From: an uncultured Candidatus Babeliaceae bacterium
Lineage (GTDB): Bacteria; Babelota; Babeliae; Babelales; Babelaceae
Reading direction: 5' to 3'
DNA: 64,000 bases
Assembly: GCA_963704655.1 (NCBI GenBank)
Contig: OY969927.1
Location: 1,120,001-1,184,000, forward strand
Shown here in pieces: positions 17,766 through 27,484 of this stretch. Positions within the stretch are counted from its first letter, which is position 1. Each line of letters starts with the position of its first letter. The notes beneath the pieces were generated by a model, which was not told the origin of the DNA, did not search any database, and worked only from the letters and a program-made list of their open reading frames with translations. A program made the translations under genes and the position numbers.

Positions 17766-20267
17766 ATGGATATACAAAAAACAGTTTCGGCGACTGGAGC
17801 GATGACTTTTGTGTCATCAACAACAGTGTCGGTAGTAAAAAAACGTGATGGACGAATCTTTTCGTTTGATCGCCAAAAAATAGATGCTCTGCTTAAGCGT
17901 GCGTCGATTGGTTATGAAGATGTTGTATCTTCTGATCTTGTTATGCACGAAACATTGCGTAATTTATTTGATGGTATAAGTACTAATGATGTGCTAAAAT
18001 CATTGATTCTTGCTGCGGTTACCTTTATTGAGAAAGATCCCGCGTATAGCATTGTTGCAGCGCGTTTATTACAACAAAAGCTTTTTCGTGAGTTGGGTGG
18101 TAAAGTTCGTTCACAGCAAGAATATGAGATGCGTTACCGCCATATTTTTATTGAAAACATTGTGCGTGCATGCCAAGAAAATCTTTTGCATTCAAAGATG
18201 CTGGAATATGATTTAGAACGTTTGAGCCATGCGTTAGTTATTGAGCGTGATAGTTTATTGCAGTTTACTGGAATGCAGACATTGTATGAACGTTACTTGT
18301 TACGCTATCAAGGTCAGCGCTATGAAACAGCACAAGCATTTTGGATGCGTATTGCTATGGGCCTTGCGTTAAATGAACAAGACATGAATACGCGTGCATT
18401 GGAATTTTATGAGGTTCTTTCAACGCTCAACTACGTTCCATCAACGCCTACATTATTCCATTCTGGTTTACCAGTTGCGCAGCTAAGCTCATGTTATTTA
18501 TCAACCGTTAATGATGATTTACATCATATATTTAAATGCATGGGTGACAATGCACAGCTTTCTAAATGGGCCGGTGGCATAGGAACAGATTGGTCTAATA
18601 TTCGTGGCACAGGCGCTTATATTAAAAGTATTAAAGCAACCAGCCAGGGTGTTGTTCCATATCTTAAAATTGCAAATGATATTGTTGTTGCTATTACACG
18701 CAGCGGTATTAGACGTGGTGGTAAATGTGCTTACCTAGAAGTGTGGCACATTGATATTGAAGATTTTCTTGATCTACGTAGAAACACCGGTGATGATCGT
18801 CGTCGTACCCATGATATGAATACTGCAACATGGATCCCAGATCTTTTCATGAAGCGTGTTATTAATGATGAAAATTGGACGCTCTTCTCTCCTCATGAAG
18901 CACCTGATTTGCACCATATTTATGGCAAAGCATTTGAGCAACGTTATGAGCATTATGAAGCATTAGCGCGTGAAGGTAAGATGGAATTGCACCAGACAAT
19001 TCCTGCTAAACAGTTGTGGCGCAAGATGCTTACGCGTCTTTTTGAAACGGGCCATCCATGGATTACTTTTAAAGACCCATGCAATATTCGTTCACCACAA
19101 GACCATGCAGGCGTAGTACATTCATCTAACTTGTGCACAGAGATCACTCTTAATACTTCTGAAACAGAGACAGCAGTATGTAACCTTGGCTCGGTGAATT
19201 TAGAGCGTCTGGTGACAGAAAAAGGTCTTAATGTTCAAGAATTAGAAAAGACTGTTACTTCAGCTATTCGTATGCTTGATAATGTGATCGATCTTAATTT
19301 TTATCCAACAAAAGAGGCTGAGGCTTCAAATAAGAAACATCGTCCTGTTGGGCTTGGCGTTATGGGCTTTCAAGATGCTTTATGTAAAATGAATATCTCA
19401 TTTGCTTCGCCAGAGGCATTAAAATTTGCCGATGAAAGCATGGAGTATATCTCATATTTTGCTATTAAAGCTTCAAATAAATTAGCTGCAGAACGTGGCA
19501 CCTATGCGTCATACAAAGGTTCAAAATGGGATCGTGGCATATTCCCGCTTGATACTGTTGATATGCTTGAAAAAGAACGTGGTGTGCCAGTTCTTGTTTC
19601 GCGTACACAGCGTCTTGATTGGGCAGGCTTAAAAGAGTCTGTTAAGCAACATGGTATACGTAATTCTAATATGATGGCTATTGCGCCAACTGCAACGATA
19701 TCAACTATTGCTGGTTGTTACCCATGCATAGAACCTATGTATAAAAACATGTACGTTAAATCTAATGTAAGTGGTGAATTTACTGTTATTAATAGCTACT
19801 TAGTTGAAGATCTTAAAAAAGTCGGTCTATGGGATCAGGCTATGATCGATGAAATTAAGTTCCGTGATGGTGATTTACAGCAGATAACCAGAATTCCTCA
19901 AGAAATTCGTCAAAAGCATTTAACGGCGTTTGAACTTGATGCAGAATGGCTTATTAAAATTACTGCAGAACGTGGTAAATGGATCGACCAAAGTCAGTCG
20001 CATAATGTCTTTGTAAAAGGGGTTTCTGGTAAAAAGCTTGATGAGATTTATCGTGCAGCGTGGAATCATGGTCTTAAGACTACGTATTACTTGCGGTCAC
20101 TTGGTGCAACGCAGATAGAAAAATCTACTCTTGATGCAAAAACATATGGCTTTACGCAAAAACGTACAAATGAAACCGCAGGGCAAGCTACAGGGCAGGA
20201 AAAAGAAGAGGATACTTTACCAAAAGCATGTTCAATAGAAAATACTGACTGTGAATCATGTCAGTAA
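17766..20267 (+). CDS. nrdA: Ribonucleotide reductase class I alpha subunit with N-terminal ATP cone
   Basis: VVKKRDG, TPTLFHSG, LSSCYL, SNLCTEI, APTATIS, TTYYLRS, C-terminal CESCQ. Confidence 0.95.
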   Translation: MDIQKTVSATGAMTFVSSTTVSVVKKRDGRIFSFDRQKIDALLKRASIGYEDVVSSDLVMHETLRNLFDGISTNDVLKSLILAAVTFIEKDPAYSIVAARLLQQKLFRELGGKVRSQQEYEMRYRHIFIENIVRACQENLLHSKMLEYDLERLSHALVIERDSLLQFTGMQTLYERYLLRYQGQRYETAQAFWMRIAMGLALNEQDMNTRALEFYEVLSTLNYVPSTPTLFHSGLPVAQLSSCYLSTVNDDLHHIFKCMGDNAQLSKWAGGIGTDWSNIRGTGAYIKSIKATSQGVVPYLKIANDIVVAITRSGIRRGGKCAYLEVWHIDIEDFLDLRRNTGDDRRRTHDMNTATWIPDLFMKRVINDENWTLFSPHEAPDLHHIYGKAFEQRYEHYEALAREGKMELHQTIPAKQLWRKMLTRLFETGHPWITFKDPCNIRSPQDHAGVVHSSNLCTEITLNTSETETAVCNLGSVNLERLVTEKGLNVQELEKTVTSAIRMLDNVIDLNFYPTKEAEASNKKHRPVGLGVMGFQDALCKMNISFASPEALKFADESMEYISYFAIKASNKLAAERGTYASYKGSKWDRGIFPLDTVDMLEKERGVPVLVSRTQRLDWAGLKESVKQHGIRNSNMMAIAPTATISTIAGCYPCIEPMYKNMYVKSNVSGEFTVINSYLVEDLKKVGLWDQAMIDEIKFRDGDLQQITRIPQEIRQKHLTAFELDAEWLIKITAERGKWIDQSQSHNVFVKGVSGKKLDEIYRAAWNHGLKTTYYLRSLGATQIEKSTLDAKTYGFTQKRTNETAGQATGQEKEEDTLPKACSIENTDCESCQ

Positions 20268-20277
20268 AGAGGTTATT

Positions 20278-21312
20278 ATGACAAAACTTAATACATTAAA
20301 TAATACTTTGAAAAAAACGGGAATTATTAGTAATTCTAATATGGACCCTAATAAAATTTTGCCGATGCGTTACACATGGGCACGTCAGCATTATAAAGAT
20401 GGCATTGCAAATAACTGGACCCCAGAAGAGATCGGAATGCAGCAGGATGTTGAACAGTGGAAATCAACCACTGTTTTATCAGATTCTGAACGCAGACTTA
20501 TTTTATGGAACCTTGGCTTTTTTGCAACTGCTGAATCATTAACGGCAAATAATATTGTGCTTGCTGTTTATAAGCATGTAACAAATCCTGAATGTCGTCA
20601 GTATATGTTGCGTCAGGCATATGAAGAAGCGGTGCATACCGATACATTTATTTACTGCTGTGATTCGCTAGGGTTGGACCCAGAGGTGATCTACACAATG
20701 TATCAGACCATTCCATCTATTAAAGATAAAGATGATTTTGTGGTTAATTTAACCAAGTCTATCTTTGATGCAAACTTTGAAATTAAAAATAGCGCTGATA
20801 TTCAAAAGTTCTTACATGATCTTGTTGGATACTACGTTATTATGGAAGGTATCTTTTTCTATGCAGGTTTTGCGATGATGCTTGCGTTACGTAGACAAAA
20901 TAAGATGATCGGTATTGGCCAGCAGTTTGAATATATTATGCGTGATGAAAGTATCCATTTAGCATTTGGTTGTGATTTAATTAACACGATTAAAGCAGAA
21001 AACCCAGAGGTATGGACGCCAGAGTTTCAAAATAATATCGTTGGGCTTATTAAACGTGCGGTTGAGCTTGAATGCATTTATGCATTCGATGCTTGTCCAC
21101 AAGGACTTCTTGGTATTAATGCACAGCAATTTTCAGAATATGTTGAACATATTGCAGACAGACGCTTGGCACGTATTGGTTTACCTGAACAGTACCATAG
21201 AGACAATCCGTTTCCATGGCTTTCACAGTCAACCGATTTAAACAAAGAAAAGAACTTCTTTGAAACACGTGTTACTGAATATCAAACTGCCGGTTCTCTT
21301 GAGTGGGAATAA
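20278..21312 (+). CDS. nrdB: Ribonucleotide reductase beta subunit, probably class Ic (R2c)
   Basis: FFATAES, EEAVHTDTF, MEGIFFY, RDESIH, NFFETRVTEY. Confidence 0.92.
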   Translation: MTKLNTLNNTLKKTGIISNSNMDPNKILPMRYTWARQHYKDGIANNWTPEEIGMQQDVEQWKSTTVLSDSERRLILWNLGFFATAESLTANNIVLAVYKHVTNPECRQYMLRQAYEEAVHTDTFIYCCDSLGLDPEVIYTMYQTIPSIKDKDDFVVNLTKSIFDANFEIKNSADIQKFLHDLVGYYVIMEGIFFYAGFAMMLALRRQNKMIGIGQQFEYIMRDESIHLAFGCDLINTIKAENPEVWTPEFQNNIVGLIKRAVELECIYAFDACPQGLLGINAQQFSEYVEHIADRRLARIGLPEQYHRDNPFPWLSQSTDLNKEKNFFETRVTEYQTAGSLEWE

Positions 21313-21327
21313 CAATAGAATTACAAT

Positions 21328-21358
21328 AAAAAAGGGAGCCTTTTGGCTCCCTTTTTTT
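21328..21358. terminator. Bidirectional intrinsic terminator
   Basis: aaaaaagggagcc-tttt-ggctccctttttt. Confidence 0.8.
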
Positions 21359-21364
21359 ATTTAT

Positions 21365-21769
21365 TTAGTGAGGATCACAGCTTGTCAAACTTCTTCTTGC
21401 AATTTCTTTGTAACCATTGCTGTATGAGTTTTTTATTACAATTTTAAAAATTGCAGATGCTTCTTCTGGTTCTTGGCATGATACGTGCGGCACGCCACGC
21501 TTTAATGCAATGGCAACCGTGAGAAAGTTATGCATGTCATCTTCATGAAAAGTTTCAAACTCTGCTTGAGTGTGTACATCTTTTATAAGCGTCCTTAAAT
21601 AATCGTTGAAACGGTCATGTGAAATGTTTTCTGTTTCTCCAAATACCTGTTTCATGCGCTCTTGATATTCATCTTTTATATTTTCTAGAAAATTTTGTTC
21701 ATAGAGTTCCTCGAGTAAAGGACAATGGAGTGGAGTAAAAAATAGTGTTAACAGAAATATACTTTTCAT
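21365..21769 (-). CDS. Secreted protein, paralog family B (Sel1-like segment)
   Basis: DMHNFLTVAIALKRGVP. Confidence 0.7.
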   Translation of the reverse strand: MKSIFLLTLFFTPLHCPLLEELYEQNFLENIKDEYQERMKQVFGETENISHDRFNDYLRTLIKDVHTQAEFETFHEDDMHNFLTVAIALKRGVPHVSCQEPEEASAIFKIVIKNSYSNGYKEIARRSLTSCDPH

Positions 21770-21866
21770 AAATAACCCCCTAAAAGCATATGCATATTAA
21801 TAATAATATAATGTTTTTAGGGAGTTAAAAGATAGAAAAAACTATTTTATCCAATTTTTTTTTAAT

Positions 21867-22226
21867 TTAGCGTGGTTTTTCTGCTATGTTTTGTAAAATG
21901 TTCTTAATGCCATTTTCTGCAGATATGCGTAATGATTCATTAGTTGATGTTTTTTGTACAATATCTAAAAGTTCAAGTGCCAATGGGATATCTTTTTTTG
22001 TTTCATCTGGAATACCATTTTTTAATGCCATGGCTACCATGAGAAAGCTATTCATATCTTCATTTTTATATTTTTTTGATTCTTTTTTCGATTTTACAGT
22101 TTCTATAAGTTTGCTCATGTGCTGAGCAAAGAAGGCTTCATCATCAACATCCTGAGTGCTGGGCGCGCCAAGAGGCGAATAAAAAAATGGTGTGATAGAT
22201 AGTAATACAATACATACACTTTTCAT
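21867..22226 (-). CDS. Secreted protein, paralog family B (Sel1-like segment)
   Basis: DMNSFLMVAMALKNGIP..KDIPLALELL. Confidence 0.7.
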   Translation of the reverse strand: MKSVCIVLLSITPFFYSPLGAPSTQDVDDEAFFAQHMSKLIETVKSKKESKKYKNEDMNSFLMVAMALKNGIPDETKKDIPLALELLDIVQKTSTNESLRISAENGIKNILQNIAEKPR

Positions 22227-22302
22227 AAAAAAACCCCCTAAACAGTATACCCTTTATTGAATATAACGGTTTTAGGGGGTAGAAAAATAGAGTATATTTT
22301 AT

Positions 22303-22860
22303 TTATCTTTTTGTACTAGGATGAGCAGAAGTTGCGCCTCGAGCTGCCAAATAGCCTTTAACGTAACCATTTATACTCGTTTGCTCCATAATTGTATCAA
22401 GTTTTTGTTTGAGCTCTTCAATATCATCTTTTGTTGCAAGTGTTTCAGACTTAGCCTGAAGTTTTCGCACTTCAGATAAAATATTACTTAACTGAGAACT
22501 ATGGCTATCAAGTGTTTGATCAACTTTTTGTTGTGCTTTTTCTTTAGTGGCTCTGCGTGCCTTTTTTGCTGCAATTTCAGACTCAGAGACAACGCTACCA
22601 GTAGTGAATAAATTATATAAAGCTTTGATGTTTCTCACAAATGTTTCGTTACTCAAAATTTTATAACTGCCGTAACATATTGCAACGCCTGCACTTACAT
22701 ATATTACGCGTTCGACGGTAACATCTGGCAATTTGTCCCACAATGAACTTTCAATAGCAGGTTGTGGTGTATTTACTGGTGCTTGAGCTGCAAAAGACTG
22801 GTTAACGATAGTACCAAAAGTAAGGGCGCATAAGGCTAATTTAATTAATTTTATTTTCAT
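22303..22860 (-). CDS. Secreted/membrane coiled-coil protein
   Basis: Signal ending QSFA, hydrophobic segment, heptad-rich tail. Confidence 0.7.
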   Translation of the reverse strand: MKIKLIKLALCALTFGTIVNQSFAAQAPVNTPQPAIESSLWDKLPDVTVERVIYVSAGVAICYGSYKILSNETFVRNIKALYNLFTTGSVVSESEIAAKKARRATKEKAQQKVDQTLDSHSSQLSNILSEVRKLQAKSETLATKDDIEELKQKLDTIMEQTSINGYVKGYLAARGATSAHPSTKR

Positions 22861-23099
22861 ATAAACCTCCATTTATATTCTTAATTATATAGTTAATTAT
22901 AGCAAATATTTAATATTTGTCAATTAATGTCAAAAATAGGGTAAAAAAAGGGGAGTTAGGGGGTAAAAATGGCTTTTAAGGGACTTTTTATAGTTTATCT
23001 TGAAGGTTTATTAAGAATAAGGCAGAAAAATGTCTTCAGGGGCGTTTATAGCCCAAAAAACGCGAAAATTGACCTAAAGATAATAAGCAATAGCACTGT

Positions 23100-23837
23100 T
23101 TATTTATTAATAGCGCTTATTACATTAAAAAGCCCAACTAGGCTTGAAATTAAGGCGTCGTTATCCAAAAGCTTGAAATAACTTGTATTTTGAGAAAATT
23201 TTTGGGAGTTATGAGTAGGTTCTTTGGGGGTATCTAATGCTGTTTTGATACTTTGACTAATACTTGATATTGAATCAAGTTTTGTATTTAGTTCTTTTCT
23301 TGTGTCGTCGACAGTTTGTGAAAGACTTATAATATTATTATCAACAGTCTCTAATCTGGTATTAATTTGAGCTAAAGATGTTTGGTTTTCTAAAAAGCCA
23401 GTTTGCACCTCTTTTCGTAGCAGCCGTGAGTCGTTTCTATCTCTTTCGCCTTTTCTATGCATAAAATATGCAAATCCTATAAAGGCGAAAACTGATGTTG
23501 AAGGTACATATTCTTCGCGAATAAAAGTTGATAAAAATCTATTGGTAAGATATGAGGCCCCTAAGGTAAAGGCGCCAAAATTAAGAGCATTTGCATGGAT
23601 AAACTCTGTTTTGGGGTTGCCAATAGTTTTTTGAGTAAACGGCACATTAAGTGAGGTAACAGGAAATTTAATGTATGCGTTACTTTGTGGTCCACCAAAG
23701 ATACAATCTTGCATATCATTTAGAGAGTTTTCAGTGTCGTGCTTAATTACTAGATAATTATTTTCGTGAGAAAAGACGAGAGTGAACCCTAATAACTGGG
23801 TAATGATCAGTGCTGTCTTTATGCTATTTTTTTTCAT
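23100..23837 (-). CDS. Membrane coiled-coil protein (start uncertain)
   Basis: Signal, two hydrophobic segments, coiled coil. Confidence 0.65.
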   Translation of the reverse strand: MKKNSIKTALIITQLLGFTLVFSHENNYLVIKHDTENSLNDMQDCIFGGPQSNAYIKFPVTSLNVPFTQKTIGNPKTEFIHANALNFGAFTLGASYLTNRFLSTFIREEYVPSTSVFAFIGFAYFMHRKGERDRNDSRLLRKEVQTGFLENQTSLAQINTRLETVDNNIISLSQTVDDTRKELNTKLDSISSISQSIKTALDTPKEPTHNSQKFSQNTSYFKLLDNDALISSLVGLFNVISAINK

Positions 23838-23983
23838 ATACATCATGCAGTAAGTTATTAAAGTTTTACTAAGTATATGGGGGTTAACTATTTTTTTCAA
23901 TAAAAGAAAAAGGGGGCATAAAGCCCCCCATATTTTCTTATAAAAACGTATGGGTATTAGCCCATCAAGCGCATTGATTAAAA

Positions 23984-24193
23984 TTAACGCTTGTTATTGC
24001 GATTTGGCGCACTATTTTCGTTTTTATTAGTATTTTCTTCACGAACATACTTACCCATTGAAGACTCTTGTGAAGAAGTCTCTTTTTGAACAGGGTTTTG
24101 TAATCCGCCAGATGATGGGTTATTTTCTTTTTTATCCCATTTATCTTTATTCCAATTTTGGTTCTTGTTCTTATTGTTAAAAGCGTTTTTCAT
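23984..24193 (-). CDS. Small Asn/Lys-rich hydrophilic protein
   Basis: RBS aaggagag before MKNAF. Confidence 0.6.
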   Translation of the reverse strand: MKNAFNNKNKNQNWNKDKWDKKENNPSSGGLQNPVQKETSSQESSMGKYVREENTNKNENSAPNRNNKR

Positions 24194-24335
24194 AACTCTC
24201 CTTTGGTTGTTGTGGCTCACCTACAACAGGCTCCACAGGTTTTTTACTACATTCTTTATTCATATTGCTCTTGCCATGGCAAGTACAACAACACTTTTGT
24301 TCGTCTTTACGACTCTTATGGTTACAGTTACACAT
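24177..24335 (-). CDS. 52 aa Cys-rich peptide (not in ORF track)
   Basis: MCNCNHKSRKDEQKCCCTCHGK..; RBS aaggagag. Confidence 0.6.
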   Translation of the reverse strand: MCNCNHKSRKDEQKCCCTCHGKSNMNKECSKKPVEPVVGEPQQPKESYEKRF

Positions 24336-24356
24336 ATTAACTCTCCTTGTGTTTTA

Positions 24357-24782
24357 CTACTGTTTTTTATTCTCTTTATTAGTATTTAAATTCTTTAATT
24401 CTTTTTCCAAATGCTCAACTTTAATTTCTAAATCATGAATTTTAGCATTTGTATCATGTGATTTCTTACGCAACTTATCTATTTTACGCTTTAAGTACGT
24501 AACTTGTTCTTCTTGAGACATATCTGCAAGAGATTTTTTTGTCTTTGCTACAGCCGGTTTTTTACCATTTGGCGTAGTTGTTGTTTTAAGATCAACAGCC
24601 TTGATATCAGCAACTTTAATCTCTGCGGGTGGTGTTGGTAAGCTTAATGGCTTACTTTCTCTAATTTCCACTGGTTTGTCTGGTGTAATCTCAACAACTT
24701 CCTGTACCTCTTGTGGTTCAGCATATAGCAATGAAATCGGTAATAAGATTGTCGAAAGCAATACTCTCTTTTTCATATTCAT
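24357..24782 (-). CDS. Secreted coiled-coil protein
   Basis: Signal ending LLYA; C-terminal heptads. Confidence 0.7.
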   Translation of the reverse strand: MNMKKRVLLSTILLPISLLYAEPQEVQEVVEITPDKPVEIRESKPLSLPTPPAEIKVADIKAVDLKTTTTPNGKKPAVAKTKKSLADMSQEEQVTYLKRKIDKLRKKSHDTNAKIHDLEIKVEHLEKELKNLNTNKENKKQ

Positions 24783-24813
24783 ATCCTTCCCCTTTTTTTT
24801 CTAAACTATATAA

Positions 24814-24981
24814 TTAGTCAGTATCTTGTTGTACGGTAACACCCATTACACTTGATTTTTTTGGCGCTGCCATACTTTGCTGACCGCTTGAAGATGTACC
24901 TGCATCTATGGGTTCAAAATCAGTTAATGCTACGATTGCTACAAGTGCAACGCATGCTAAACAAAATGCTATTTTTTTCAT
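24814..24981 (-). CDS. 55 aa secreted peptide (not in ORF track)
   Basis: MKKIAFCLACVALVAIVALTDFEPIDAG..QQDTD; RBS aggag. Confidence 0.65.
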   Translation of the reverse strand: MKKIAFCLACVALVAIVALTDFEPIDAGTSSSGQQSMAAPKKSSVMGVTVQQDTD

Positions 24982-25031
24982 GATATCTCCTTTTTTTATT
25001 TAATTATTATTTATTTTATTTTTAAATCTTC

Positions 25032-25220
25032 TTAATAAATATTTGGTTCATCACCAAAAGTTGAAGGTGTTGTAACCATCATTGCAGTAGCAAATTTTGG
25101 TTGGCCTGGCTGTGGACCTACTGCACGAGTGGTAGGCAAATTTTGAGTTGGTATAGCCGCATTAAGCGAGCTAACTATACAAACGATTAAACATAAACTT
25201 GTTTTTACTATATTTTTCAT
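25032..25220 (-). CDS. 62 aa secreted peptide
   Basis: MKNIVKTSLCLIVCIVSSLNA signal. Confidence 0.65.
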   Translation of the reverse strand: MKNIVKTSLCLIVCIVSSLNAAIPTQNLPTTRAVGPQPGQPKFATAMMVTTPSTFGDEPNIY

Positions 25221-25260
25221 AACTATTTCCCTTTCTTTATTTACATACAAAATACTTAAC

Positions 25261-25554
25261 TTATGTATTACTTTCAGAAGAAGTATCGCTTTCATAAGAA
25301 GAAGGCGCATTAATACCCGCAGTGTAAGTTCCAAACCTTTGCGAGCTCTTCATGGTTATGAAAGGTACCAATATACCTTTGCTAGCGTTTGGTTGTAATT
25401 TGCATTCTTTTTTATAAAAATCAAGGTCACTCTGAGATAAACCAGCAATCTGTACCTGTTGGCCAGCCGCAGGACACGTTAAAGCTTGTAGCTCTATAAG
25501 CACGGTGCTTAAAGCAAGCAGTAATGCGTAACACATTATATTTTTGTAGATCAT
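25261..25554 (-). CDS. Small secreted protein
   Basis: Signal ending ELQA; RBS gagga. Confidence 0.65.
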   Translation of the reverse strand: MIYKNIMCYALLLALSTVLIELQALTCPAAGQQVQIAGLSQSDLDFYKKECKLQPNASKGILVPFITMKSSQRFGTYTAGINAPSSYESDTSSESNT

Positions 25555-25803
25555 ACTATTCCTCTGTTTTTATATTATCTCTCACTGTTTACTTTAAGTA
25601 TAATTACCAAATGGCATTAAAATCAATAGTTTTTTAAATTTCTCACTATTTTCCCTGTAAGGCTTGATTTGCATTGTTTGTTTTAAAAGCTTTGATATGC
25701 ACCATTTTATGTTAAATAACTAAACTATTGCATTATCAAATAATGATATGTTAATGTGAAATTAATAGATAGTGTAATTTTCTATATTTAAAAAAGAGAG
25801 AAA

Positions 25804-26580
25804 ATGATGAAAAAAAATATAAAACTAGTTTTAGTGGCGGCTTTAGTAGCTGCCTGTTCAGTTAACCTATATAGTATGGTTTCAGGGCCGGCAAAAAGAG
25901 CAGCTAGCACAGCGCTTGCGCGTACTGCTGCTGTTGAGGGCTTAGGGACACGTTCTACTGGAGTTCTTCGCCAAGCAATAAAGCCGAGTTATGTACCACA
26001 AGGTATGCCACAGCGTCCGTATACAACATTTCCACGCTTTCAAGTACAACAATATGGTTCAGTATTATCGCCACAAATGCTTGCAGGTTTGGCCGGAACA
26101 GGTCTTGCTGCAGGTTATTATTATAATAAACCTTCTATTTTTAAAACTGCATTAAATGAACCAGCTGAGAATAATTGGGACGACTACCGTGTAGAACAAG
26201 CTGAACTAGAAAGGGCAATTAAGGATTATTCGGATATTTACATGCAGTTTCAAAAACTGTCTGAAAGTAAAACTTATCGTGACTTAATTAATGAGATTCA
26301 AAAGAAAAAAAGTATGTTAAGTCATGGGGAGTTGTTTAGTCGTGATGAGATGGCGCATGTAACTTCTTTAATTGAGGCTTTTAATAAAGAGTTTAATCCT
26401 TTATCTGAAAAGATGAAAGAGTTATTCAATAGGGAAGTTTTTTCTGTCCTAGAAGGGCATCGAATTAAAGGAAATATTTATTGGGAATTAAAAAACGACT
26501 TTAGATTTGATTCTATAAAGGACTTTGAGTCAGAAGTGTCGAATATGCGAAATTCTAATTCAAAGTACTATGCCAAGTAA
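25804..26580 (+). CDS. Secreted protein, paralog family C
   Basis: N-terminal about 63 aa nearly identical to the 26653 ORF. Confidence 0.8.
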   Translation: MMKKNIKLVLVAALVAACSVNLYSMVSGPAKRAASTALARTAAVEGLGTRSTGVLRQAIKPSYVPQGMPQRPYTTFPRFQVQQYGSVLSPQMLAGLAGTGLAAGYYYNKPSIFKTALNEPAENNWDDYRVEQAELERAIKDYSDIYMQFQKLSESKTYRDLINEIQKKKSMLSHGELFSRDEMAHVTSLIEAFNKEFNPLSEKMKELFNREVFSVLEGHRIKGNIYWELKNDFRFDSIKDFESEVSNMRNSNSKYYAK

Positions 26581-26652
26581 AGAATATTTTTTGCTACAAA
26601 TGAGAATGATTGGGGCGCTTTTTTTTATTAAAAAGTAGAAAAAAGGGAGAGG

Positions 26653-27474
26653 TTGATGAAAAAAAATATAAAACTAGTATTGGTGTCGGCTCTTGCAGTT
26701 GCCTGTTCAGCAAAAGTATATGCGATGGTTTCAGGGCCGGCAAAAAGAGCAGCTAGCACAGCTCTTGCGCGTACTGCTGCTGTTGAAGGTTTAGGTGCAC
26801 GTTCTACTGGTGTTCTTCGCCCAGCAATAAAACCAAGCTATGCGCCACGCCCAGGTTTTGGGCAAGCTCAACCTGGTACAACTTTATCGCGCTCAGCATT
26901 ATCACCACAAGTATTTGCAGGTTTTGCTGGGACGGGCCTTGCAGCTGGAGCCTTAGGTAGTGTTGCTTATAGTTTTCCTCAAGGAGACGTTTTTGAAGCA
27001 CAATTTGCTCAAGGAGCTCGCAATAAAATGAAAAAAGAAAAACTTATGGCGGTTAATGATTTTGAGCGTTTAATGAGTAGCATTAAAGATCCAAAAAAAT
27101 CTCAGCAAGAAAGAATAGATCTGATCGTTATGCTCATGAACATTATTGATCGCCCATTATTTTATTATAAAGAGGCGCATAATGCGCCACATTTAACGAG
27201 TAATTGGTTGCGCGCAATTGCATCATTGCAGTTAGGGAATTTGATATTAGACCCTGAAGTTTTAAAACTTATAAAGACATCGATTGAGTCTGAGCCACAA
27301 GGTGAGCTTGCTAAAGTATTTAAGGTGACCGACAAAAATGTGTTATCGGATGTTTATGACATGGTGATGTTTGAAGTTACTCATGCCGGAAGTAGTTCTC
27401 CCGAAGATCGCTGGTTGAATAGAGCCTTAAATGAAGTAGAGATCAAGCTTGAAAACATCAAAAATCAGTTTTAA
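26653..27474 (+). CDS. Secreted protein, paralog family C
   Basis: Shared MVSGPAKRAASTALARTAAVEGLG; unrelated C-terminus. Confidence 0.8.
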   Translation: MMKKNIKLVLVSALAVACSAKVYAMVSGPAKRAASTALARTAAVEGLGARSTGVLRPAIKPSYAPRPGFGQAQPGTTLSRSALSPQVFAGFAGTGLAAGALGSVAYSFPQGDVFEAQFAQGARNKMKKEKLMAVNDFERLMSSIKDPKKSQQERIDLIVMLMNIIDRPLFYYKEAHNAPHLTSNWLRAIASLQLGNLILDPEVLKLIKTSIESEPQGELAKVFKVTDKNVLSDVYDMVMFEVTHAGSSSPEDRWLNRALNEVEIKLENIKNQF

Positions 27475-27484
27475 GCTTTTTAAA

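Noticed and set aside
23984-25554. RiPP/bacteriocin cluster
   Set aside because: No modification enzyme, peptidase-ABC exporter or double-glycine leader is present.
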